From assembly GCF_902459465.1 (NCBI RefSeq), contig NC_047069.1, positions 12,834,001-12,898,000 on the forward strand: 64,000 nucleotides of DNA, in the 5' to 3' direction. The notes beneath the pieces were generated by a model. The model saw nothing but the letters and a program-made list of their open reading frames with translations. It had not been told where the DNA came from and did not search any database. The DNA is from Asterias rubens (lineage: Eukaryota). The translations under genes and the position numbers were made by a program. Shown here one piece after another: positions 10,947 through 22,900 of this stretch; position 1 is the stretch's first letter; each line of letters starts with the position of its first letter.

Positions 10947-13900
10947 ATGGCGCTGTCCACGTCGAGACTATGCCGTGCTGGTATGTAAAAAAAGTATTTT
11001 GTTTGTGTATTTCTTTACCTGTAAATCCTTTTAATTTCAATTATTTATGTAGCCCTATGATATCCCGTTGTTTTCGAGTTGTTTCTATGCGTCTTATTTG
11101 TCTCATAAGAGAGTTTATCAAGACATTAGCACCGGCAGTTTTTCATTCTTAGAAAAATCAGATTCTCTGTTGTGTTGTGATGCTGACAGTCAATGATGAT
11201 GTAATTGTATTGTAATGTCTTTTTTTTCTAGGGCGGTGAGCTCAAAGGGTCAATTTTTGTTTACATTAACTCCTTCCCCCTCCATGGTTATTATAGCTCT
11301 ATGGTTTATGTTTATCCGTGCCCATGGTTTATCATACCACAATGACAAAAATATAGTTCAAACTGATTGTTTTGTTGATATTAAAACTTTATTTTTAAAA
11401 GTCTATGCATGGATGGACTCGGTCGGACGTAGAAAGTGTGATCAGCAGGCAGGCAATCAGTTGAATTGAACCAACATTGAAATAATTGTTATCTCTACAG
11501 ACTCAACCTTGTCATTGTGAGTGTCGACTGGACTGGACCGGAGTACAGTATCTCAGTTCCATTACATTCATTAAACAAAATTGAGAGAATCCACCATAAC
11601 TATATTGACACTACATTTTAGGGGTGGGGCTAGCTGTTCGGGCAGCCAACCCATCACAAACAGTGTATGGACTGTAGTGTTTGTGTGCATTTGTAGTTAG
11701 TTGAATTGGGCCTTTTTGTGTATTTTGTTTTCAAGGTTCTTAATTGGTAAACAGAATTGTCCAAAGGCCCACATCACAACTTATATTATAAAATAACAAA
11801 CCTGTGAAAATTTAGGCTCAATCTGTCATCGGAGTCAAGAAAAAATAACTGGAAAACCCACCCTTGTTCCCACCCTTTCTTCGTGTCATGACATGTGTTC
11901 AAAATAAATCAGTTATTCTCGGTATAGAGAATTGACAATTGTTTTAATGTTTTCTCAAGTAAAGCATTTCATGGAACAATATTTCAAGGGAAGTCTTTCA
12001 CCATTACCTTCTGTAAACCCTATAAGTTACATGTACTTGTAAATCTGTGAACTTTTAATTTTTTGTTCTGTTCAGAAAGTGTCCAATGGCTTTGAAACCA
12101 AATAAAATTTAAAAAACAGTTGATCATCCGGATTTAAAAAAAAAAAAGGAGGATGAGGGCCTTTAACATTTGTTTTCATTATTTTGTTTTCTAAGATGGC
12201 CGCTTAGTATTTTAAATCAAACAGGCCACCAATTCTTCAGTTTGAAAACCAGCCGCAAACTTATTTTATATCTATTTGTTGCATGAGGACCCGGGTTAAC
12301 AGGGTCAAATTATTACACTAAAAATATTTGCTGGTACATCACTAATTTTGTTTTATGAAACAGATGGTTACACGTGTTCGAGAAAACCAAAGATATTAGA
12401 ATGCTAATGCGCAACATGATAAACTCCAGCTGAAATTGTTGGCCTGTTTTTTGCGTTTATTTATTAACATATTTATCTATTTTTATATTTCAATGTTGTT
12501 CTCTTTAGGACCAGCTGGAGAGGAGAGCCTCTCGACAGGCTGTGTTTCTTTTTTCTTTTTTCTTTTTTTTTTCTAAACAAAAATCGAAAAATAAAAAATA
12601 GTTAAAAGGTCTCTGTTGCTTGTTACCAAGTAAGGTTTATGCTTATATGTATATTTTGAGTAATTACCAAATGTGTACAGTGCCTTTAAAGACCTCAAGT
12701 CATATTCCTTTATCTCCTTTCTCTCTAATTCAATTCATGTTTTGTCAGCAGCGTGCAGATATGCCAGAGTGTCTACTAAGGCATCGTACTGCACATCCAC
12801 AACACCCAAAATCACTACACACTACACAGTCGTCCCAAGGGAAAAAGATGAAAGATGGAAAGGTAATGGTTTTAAATATTAAAGAATGACCCAGTAATAT
12901 TCAGGGTGTGAGTTTGGCACTAGACCACATCTCACAGGCTGAGGCCAGTGATTTTAGCATTGGGCAAGTAAACTGAATGACCCAGTAATATTCAGGGTTT
13001 GAGTTTGGCACTAGACCATAGCACCCAGGCTGAGGCCAGTGATTTTAGCATTGGGCCAGTAAACTGAATGACCCAGTAATATTCAGGGTTTGAGTTTGGC
13101 ACTAGACCACAGCACCCAGGCTGAGGCCAGTGATTTTAGCATTGGGCCAGTAAACTGAATGACCCAGTAATATTCAGGGTTTGAGTTTGGCACTAGACCA
13201 GAGCACCCAGGCTGAGGCCAGTGATTTTAGCATTGGGCCAGTGAACTGAATGACCCAGTAATATTCAGGGTTTGAGTTTGGCACTAGACTACATCTCACA
13301 GGCTGAGGCCAGTGATTTTAGCCTTGGGCAAGTAAACTGAATGACCCAGTAATATTCAGGGTTTGAGTTTGGCACTAGACCATAGCACCCAGGCTGAGGC
13401 CAGTGATATTAGCATTGGGCCAGTAAACTCATGACCTGACAATTCCTGCAGTCTTGTGATTTTCAATTGAATAATAGGCCCTAGCCACTGTGATTTCAGA
13501 AAGAGCCGACGTTGGAATGTTGACTTGGAGTCTGGTACTTATACAATTATAACTCTGTTGAGTATCAAAGTACATCGTACACTTCTGTAAACCATCAGAC
13601 AAATAAAATAAAGCTTCTATCAGTACTTGTTAAAAAGATAAACTTACAAGATGAGAAAGCAGATTCTCACGAAGATTCCGATAGAGGTGAAATAAATTCT
13701 GGTACGGTTATTATTTTGAACTTTGATTATATATTCAGTTCAAAAGGCATTTTATTTGATCTTTGATCTTTTGACTGACGCAAAAACTCCTAATTGAATT
13801 GTACAGACTCATCTGTATTTGGTATAAAGGACATCGTATTTGAAATATCACTTGTAAATAATATAAAATAATATAATGAATAGGGTAGGTGGCCTTAGCT

Positions 13901-16900
13901 TTCGATCCAAACCGGACCTTCTTCAGAGGCATAAAATAAGTACAAACAAATACATGTATCCATTTATAGAAGAAGAGAGGGGAAAGGGATTAAGGGAAGG
14001 ATCATATTATAATAATAAGATTACATGTTGTCTTGCAATTACATTTCACTGCCACGCAATAGATTTTTCAATATTCGGTAGACATCTAAGTTCTTATTAA
14101 AGAACTGGTTATTAACTTCTACTTTCACTTTAGTGGATTGAAGGGACTTCCCGCCATAAACTTCACTATTGCAGAGTGAGTTCTAAAAGGCAGTGGACAC
14201 TATTGGTAATTGTCAAAGACTTGCCTTCATAGCTGGTGTATCTCGACATATGCATAAAATAACAACCCTGTGAAAATTTGAGCTCAATCGGTCATCGAAG
14301 TTGCGAGATAATAATGAAAGAAAAATAATCCTTGTCACACGAAGTTGTGTGCGTTCAGATGGTTGATTTCGAGACCTCAAGTTCTAAATCTGAGGTCTCG
14401 AAATCAAATTCGTGGAAAATTACTTCTTTCTCGAAAACTATGGCACTTCAGAGGGAGCCGTTATTCACAATGTTTTATACCGTCAACCTCTCCCCATTAC
14501 TCGTCATCAAGAAAGGTTTTGTGCCAATAATTATTTTGAGTAATTACCAGTAGTGTCCACTGCCTTTAATTGGTCTCAACGTTTGGACTAGCTTGCACTA
14601 GTTATCATCAGGAGACTTGCTGAATTACACTTTGTTTGTGACTTCCTAGATGTGGAGATGGAACGTTACGCTGATGAGGCTGATGTTGTGATCGTAGGAG
14701 GCGGCCCAGCCGGGATGGCCGCTGCCATCAAACTCAAACAACTGAGTCTAGAAAAAGGAACTGAACTCAGGGTGTGTCTGGTGGAGAAGGCTGCTGAAAT
14801 AGGTAAGCGCTAAGACATGGGGCCAATTTCATAGAGCTGCTTAAGCAGAAAATATTCCTTAACAATTGTCTGCTTAGCAGATATAAGCAGGATACCAGTC
14901 ACAAAATGTGTTTGTGGCATGGTAGTTTAGTTGGTAACCATGTTCTGGTTAGCACAATTTTGTTGTGCTTAGCACAATTTTGTTGTGCTTAGCTATTGTT
15001 TTTGCTGAAAGCAGTTCTATGAAGTTGGGCCCTGTGTTGTAGCTAGACTAATTTTAGTGGTGGGGTCCAGATCCACCAAGGGCAAATCAGATCAACAAAA
15101 TTATTTGTGTTTAGATATATGGGCCATCATTGCTGAAGTGCAATCTGGGGGAAGTCTTTGCTGGGCGGCACAGTGTATATTTTTTGTTAGAATGCTGGGA
15201 AAAAATGTTTTGTCCTGGGTAGGCCCATCTTGCACTGCCTACCACGCTGATTAAGACCAACAAAGTCATTGTGGATGTTTTGTGAGATTAAAACCGAGTG
15301 TTTTTTTAAGTTGTCATCAGTTTTAAAATTTAGTTAAACAATGCTGTTGCTAACTCCTCCGTCGTGATGTGACAAACGAAACCACCGAGCCAACCTGGAT
15401 AACTAACAAGTTGCTGGTGTATTTTTTTCTTTTCAGGTGGTCACACACTCTCTGGAGCGTGCGTTGAGCCCCGGGTATTTGATGAGCTTATACCTGACTG
15501 GAAGGAGAAAGGCTTGCCCCTTCTCACCCCTGTAAAGGAGGACAAATTTGGGATCCTGACGGAGAAGGGACGAATTCCAATTCCAATTTTTAAAGGTACA
15601 TAAACACAAAGATTTTTTTTAAGGGCAATTTCAAAGTTACTCACAAAAATGAGAAATTCTCCTATGCATAACACATAATTGTGCATTGTCAAAATAATCT
15701 TAGCATTTGCCCATACCTGTAGGTATTACTGATTTTACACTTTGACATTAACTTTGAGCTATGTATTGATGTAGAAAGGATTCGCTATGTGTTTTGTGTT
15801 GTCGTTTAGCCTTCGAGAAAGGCTCTGCTAGTGTCGAATCATCAGGCCAGAACCTTTTTTTACATTTATGTCGTAAGTCTTTTAGGTTGGTAAGCAGATT
15901 GCAACAGCTATTTATGCTTCTGTGTACTTAAGATTCATTTCTTGTTATTTATCTCCCTTTAAGGGCTTCCAATGTACAACCATGGCAATTACATTGTGAG
16001 GTTGGGTAACGTTGTACGCTGGCTCGGTGAATACGCAGAAGAGCTGGGAGTTGAGATATATCCTGGCTACCCAGCAAGTGAGGTTAGTAGAGGAAGAGTT
16101 AAGTTTTTTGGTTTATAACAAATGATAATAGAGCGTCAATGGCGCTACATGGAGATTTTCTGCTGAAATTGTGTGCCCTTGTATGTGTTTTTTTATGCGT
16201 ATTTGTAACATTGTTATTGCTGATTGTGTATTTAATATTTGTATATTTTTACATTTGTACATTTTTAAATTTCAGTTGTGGTCTTTAGCTGGAGAGGAAA
16301 GCCTCTAGACAGTAACTGTGTTTCTTTTAGGCAATCCGTTGGGCTCAAGATGGTTGTTTTCCTCTGTATTTTAATTGCTCATTGCTATATCTTGTAATGT
16401 TTTCACCTAATTAATGTGCGTAATATTGTACTTTTTATCTACCCGCGAAAATTAAGTTAATATAAATGTGAAATGTGTTCTGAAGGCCATTTCAGTAAGC
16501 AACTCTTTTGATGCAACATTAGACAAGTGCAGACACTGACATTTACTGTCAAAGATATAACAAATCATTTGCTTGCTGAAATGGTACAGGGACTCTGTAA
16601 TCTTTGGTTATAACTCGCTTTTATACTAGTGTAAACACAACCCAAGAAGGGTAGTTCTGTTAGGATCCTACCTCACTCCAACAAAATCCAACACGATATG
16701 ATAACTGAACACCCAAACTGTTGGACTGTATGCAGGCATGAAATTCTTCCTACATTTACTTTAGTCTGTTTCTGATTTGTTGCCCTTATTTTTTAATCAG
16801 CAAAGAGCGTCATTAACAAGCTGGGAAAAAAAACATTAAAGCCTACACCATATGAACATATAGGTCAGCCTTGGTGCTCTAAATGTTTGACAAAATATCA

Positions 16901-19900
16901 TGCCTGTATTATGTAGGTTTGCATAATCCATGTAATCGGCTTATTACAGTCCTCAGTTTAACAGAATAAAATGTGGGCACATACCAAACCAAACCAGTTT
17001 GACTTACCATTTCTGTTGTGATTTTGTGTAGCAATTGCCCCAAATAAACCATTTAAACAATGTGATAAACTTACCTGCAGATTCTGTATCATGAAGATGG
17101 AAGTGTTAAAGGCATAGCAACCAGCGATGTGGGAATTGCAAAGGATGGCTCACCAAAGGTAAGAAGAGACTCAAGTTTTTTCACTTCCTTCCCACAAAGT
17201 TTTATTGTTGATTTTTGTTTTGTCGTCAGCCTGAACTGGTAAAAAGTTCATCATGTTTTATGAAGCCCTTAATTTTATCCTTGAGAAGGCTCATTGAATT
17301 CCACAAAGGAATTCTTCCATGGAACTCTGCTCATCATACCCCAACTGCTTTTTATTGTTATTAAATGGTTGAATCCTTGCATTTTCAGGACACATTTGAG
17401 AGAGGAATGGAGCTCCATGCAAAATGTACAATCTTCGCCGAGGGATGCCATGGTCATCTAGGCAAGGAACTGTACAAGAAGTTTGACCTCAGGAAGGACT
17501 GTCAACCACAGACATACGCCATCGGTCTGAAAGAGGTCAGGCGGAACACTTTTATCATTTAAATTCTTGGAAAAAAACAAAGCCTCACCCCCAAAATAAA
17601 TTAACTAAATAAAAATAAAACAGCTCCAGATTCATCAACCAGACAGCTTTTTCTGCTGATCTGATACCTTTGGTTTCCGGAACTGTTTAATTGCTTTCAT
17701 TCTATATAAATGTAGATGTATACAATAAAAGTAAGAGGTGAAATTTTCATTCCAAAAGGTGGTCAGGTTTCCGAGAAATCACCTAAGTGGTTATGTCAAC
17801 AGAGTAAGAATAATCTCCAATAGGAATACACAATCTTAAAACCTAAATGTCACTAGTTTCTCAGATTCAAATTTTGGGGCATAACAACTTAAATCCTTTC
17901 ACATAACCATATTACTTTAAAGTGTTTTCTAGGGAATGCTGCTGTAGGCTTCTAAATATTTATCTCCATTAACTTTCAGAGTGATTACCAAGCGTATACC
18001 TTCCCTTAAACTGTGTCTGGTTATCATGAAATAATGCAATTTTTTCCAAATTGATCTTGGATTAAAGGTATGGGAAGTTGATCCAAGCCAGCACCATCCA
18101 GGGCGAGTGGAACACACCGTGGGTTGGCCACTGGTAAGTTGAGTTTAGCAAGTTGGCCTAAACAAAGAAACAAGTGATTTATTTGATCATCAAACAAGCC
18201 TTACTAGCTTCTGTAGATGTCCTAGGGCGACCTTGCTACGTTTCCCATGGATGGCCAGCGTAACCAGTTGTAGAGTTGCAATACAATACAACACAATACA
18301 CCAACACGACCGCCCCTGATGTTAGTAAGGCATACACAAGGCGGACACAAGTTCGAAATTGGCATCCCAAACTTTATTTTGGTCACAACAAAATTGCGTT
18401 AAATAATAATGATGTTTGAAGATATTAAATAACTTGATTTCTGTGTTTTTTCCCGTTCAGAAACTTGACACATACGGTGGCTCATTCCTCTACCACTTGG
18501 ATGAGGGCTCCCCAACAGTTGTCGTTGGGTTTGTCGTTTGTCTAGATTACAAAAACCCATACATCAGTCCATTCAAAGAGCTACAGAGATTCAAGCAGCA
18601 TCCGTCCATCAGGCCCACGTTTGCAGGAGGCACAAGGATAGCTTATGGTGCAAGGGCCCTCAATGAGGGCGGTGTACAGGTAAATAAAGACATCGGAGCA
18701 TGATTTCATAAAGCTGTCAGTAATGCTTAGAACGGTTTCTTTGCTAAGTGAAAATGAGTGGGCACCAGTCACAACAACCTTTAGCTAAGCAAGTTTTTTT
18801 CTGTGCTGAAAATTTTGTGTCCGCTTTAAGGCACAGATTTTATCGTGTCATCAAAACTTCTTACAGGGCCAAAATTTCTGAGCTATGAAGTAAAACAAAA
18901 AAACACAAAGTAAGCACAAGACTATAATTGCTTACCAGAAATATCTTACCAGCCAAACTTTAACCTTTAGTGTATTGTTGCTGACTGAATCCCTGCTTAT
19001 TTTTTCCTCAGCAGAAATTCATTGAGCACAATTTTTCTGCTCGAGCACCTCTTTGAAAATTGAGCCCATCGTTGTCCAGAATTTATTAGTCTTTGGGAAC
19101 TCGACCACCTTGATATGGTTGAAGTCTGTTAAGATTGCTGTATGATTTATGACATGAGTTGTGACATGAGTTGTGATGTTGTGCAGTAGGACCCGATTTA
19201 TCAATTTTCACCCCATTTATCAAATTTTGTTTGTTTGTATAATTGTGTCTTGCATTATGGTGCATTATTGTTGTCTTTGATCCATTGTTCTTTGCAAACT
19301 GTACTGTATTTGTTTCCAATTTCTAAATATTATAGTTTGTAATGTGCCATTTACCATTTTGCATATGAACCATTATTTTATTACTTTTTCTCTGTGTTTA
19401 TTTAAATTCTTTACTGCCTTTGTACTTTTCCATGTAATTTCTTTTTCATTGTACCTGAGTTTTAGCTTTGTTTTTTTCAATTGGCCTAGATGTATTTCCT
19501 AAAACTTAACTGCTCCTACAAATATAACGCTGTGTTGTCCGTGCTGTGTGATTTGTTTTTAAATCCGAAGTGTAACATTAAGTATGACTCTTTATCTGAC
19601 ACAAGGGAATTTTCAGGCAATCAATCATATTCATACCAAACAATTATAAAGGTCATACTCATTTCATTTTAGAGGGTGAGCTCGAGAAAATTGACTAAAG
19701 TGAGGTTTGAACATGGGACCTCTGGATAAATGTGTCGGCGCTCTACCAACTGAGTGCCAAGCCCTAATACCCAGCCAGTTATCTGTTGCAGCAGCCTTAT
19801 CTGTGTGGACAAGTGCGTTCCACTATGTCATGCACTTTGTGCATAGTGCAATGATTATTACCGCGATCGGATATTACGAGCTCCTGATATAACGAGGAAT

Positions 19901-22900
19901 ACTGGCCAGCCCGGCGGACCTCATAATAAATAAGAGTCGATTGTATTTTACAAAACCAAAGCTGGCACATTAGTCCAAAGCTTACAGGTTCAAAACCGCT
20001 GTAGTCAATTTTTCTTTGTTCAACCATATACATGTAATATTATTATTTACTCAATCAGTTTCCATTATGATTAATTACTTAATTCATTTTTTAAATACTT
20101 TTAGAAAAAAAAATCTATTTTGCAAGCAAAGTATTCATTATGAATGCTTGACAAAAAAATGACCACCTATGATAAGACACTTATATGCTCTTTGTTTCCT
20201 TCATGATTTCAGTCCATTCCGAAGCTAGCTTTCCCCGGAGGCATGTTAATTGGATGCAGCCCGGGCTTCATGAACGTGCCTAAGCTTAAAGGTACCCATA
20301 ATGCCATGAAAAGCGGCATGATCGCAGCGGAGACGCTGTTTGAAAAGCTCACTCAGGAAAATCCCTCGTCGGAAACAGCAGGTAATGTCTTCTCTTTTTT
20401 TTTCTCACTTAATATTAAAGGCACTGGACACTATTGGTAATTACTCAAAATAATTTTTAGCATTTACATTAACTTGTTATTGAGAAATGGAGAGCTGTTG
20501 ATAGTATAAAGCATTGTTTCAGACAACAAATTTTTTGTGAACTTAATTCAGAATTTGGTTCGGCACGACTCTGGAGCGCCTGTCTGAAAAGGGTGTTAAT
20601 CAGAAATATCAATATTTATAAACCAACTTTTTCTTGTTCCGCCCTTTCTCTGTTATGCAGGGTTATACATTGAAGACTATGAGCCCAAGCTGAAGGATAG
20701 TTGGTTGTGGAAGGAGCTGTACTCAATAAGAAACATCAGACCAGCGTTCTATAATCCTCTAGGAGTCTACGGGTCTATGCTGTATGCGGGCATCTTTTAC
20801 CTCCTAGGAAGAGGGAAGGAACCATGGACACTGAAGCATCATGGTAAGCTGAGCTCAAAATTAACACTGGACCCCAGGCCTGAGGCCAGTGATGTAGCAT
20901 TGGGCCAGAAGACTTACGACAGTACAAGTTTGGCGATCTTGTGTTTTTGAAAAATAATAACCTCACTGCATTTTTAACATACAAATATCTTTCAATTCTG
21001 TTGAGAATTTAACTTTACACATAAGACAAATGAGATCAATCTTATAATAGATGTTGTTTGCATCGGGATAAGGAATATTAATTTTGGTTGTTACACATAC
21101 ACCGATGTTTGTTAGCACTGTTTACTCAGTACTTTCCCGAGTCCTGGGAACAAAATATCTCGGGCATATTACTCGGGTGGGATTCGAACCATAGACCCTT
21201 GCAATTGCAATCTTATCTTAGTGCTTGTTCCAAACACAGCTTCAATGTAGAACTGTGTAGATAGTGTCTCATTTTGGTTCCAGTCTCTGGTCCAGTTAAA
21301 GTTCTGAGCTACAAGCCCTGCAGTCTTGTGCATATTCCCCCCCAATTCGAGCCCAGGTATAATAATAATGGCTTCTTAAACAGCGCTCAGGTCCGTCACG
21401 CAGTGACGCTCATGGCGCTCCAACATTATTACTCCTGGTCACAAGGCCTTAACTCACTCCTTAAACCATCTCAGCTTCCTGGGGAGTATACATCCTTGTG
21501 CAACAAATGCGCTACTCGGCTAAATCAATCACAAGAACCATCTCTGCCCTCACAGGATACCCATTTACCCCTGGGTGGAGAGAAGCAATTGTAGTGAAGT
21601 GTCTTGCTCAGGGACACAAGTGTCACGACCGTGATTCGAACCCACACTCTGCTGAACAGAATCACCAGAGCTTGAATTCTGCGCTCTTCTCCGCTCGGCC
21701 ACGACACCCCATATAATATGTATTATGGGAAGATAACATTTGTAAATTAGTGATTTTGTATGTTTGGGTATTCAGTCTCTTCATACAATAAAGGCCTCCA
21801 TACCCGTTGTTACATATTGCCTTGGTGCCTCTGAAATGGTCCAGTAGGAATTTGCTTACAGGACATATTTTCTGACCTACATCACTCTATGAAATTATAA
21901 TATTTTTTTTTTTGACTTCCTTTTTTGGTTTTTTTGGGCATCGGCTTACCAAAGCATATCTCACAAGAAATGTGTTATCGTGCAGGGGTCCTTTCTCAAA
22001 AAGTTAGGACTAATCCTTGGAGATATTAAAAATGTATGGCGAGTGCTAAGTTAGGACGAGTAACACGTCTTATACTCGATGTAAGACTAGTCTTTACTTT
22101 TTGTGAAATCTACCCCACGTGACATTGCCTCTTGCGTGACATTGCCTCTTGCAGAAGTACACAGCCGCAATCATGGGTACACTTTTTGTTATAAAGACCC
22201 CAATTGAACAGTGTTGAGTAACTCTTTGCAGATCTTGTATACTTGATGTATGACTAGTCTTTACTTTTTGTGAAATCCACCCAACTCAACATTGCCTCAG
22301 GCAGGACATTGCCTGTTGCAGAAGTACACAGCCGCAATCATGGGTACACTTTTTGTAAATAGAAAGACCCCAATTGAACAGTGTTGAGTAACTCTTTGCA
22401 GATCTTGTATTCAACAAACTCCATCATTTTTGACACAGCGATTGCATATACATGTACATGTACATGTACATGTACATGTACATTAAGATAACTGCTACAC
22501 AGTGGTTTTCAAACTGTTGTTCATATTAGGACAACACAAAATTGTGTACACATGATAATGACTGTGCACATTTTGTGCTAACTTACAAAATAATCAAAAG
22601 ACCTTATGCATTTACGTCATCCAGCCTCCATCTTAGAGGTAAAACGATGATGAAACTATTGTACACGTAGCGCACATGTTTGGCCAATGAACGGCAATTT
22701 TTTTACCTCTAGGTGAGGGCGCCTTACTGGTATGACATCATGTGCATAAGGTCTATTCTTCACATTTAAACAAATGCATTCCTCTCCCTCTCACAGGTAA
22801 GGACAACGAGTATTTAAAACCAGCGGCGGAGTGTACCCCCATCGAGTACCCCAAGCCAGACAATGAGGTGAGCTTTGACCTCCTCAGCTCCGTGGCTCTC

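Noticed and set aside
12505-12545. CTGGAGAGGAGAGCCTCTCGACAG (and 16288-16320) as hammerhead motifs
   Set aside because: Both conserved core segments are altered and stem I cannot be assigned; treated as a repeat fragment only.
12884-13429. 91-bp array as a CRISPR-like repeat-spacer array
   Set aside because: There are no unique spacers, the whole unit repeats, the context is a eukaryotic intron, and there are no cas genes.
19690-21710. tRNA-like A/B-box sequences as tRNA genes (also 39570-39630, 46520-46580, 62210-62265)
   Set aside because: They have no closed cloverleaf or acceptor stem and are followed by SINE bodies; they are SINE heads.
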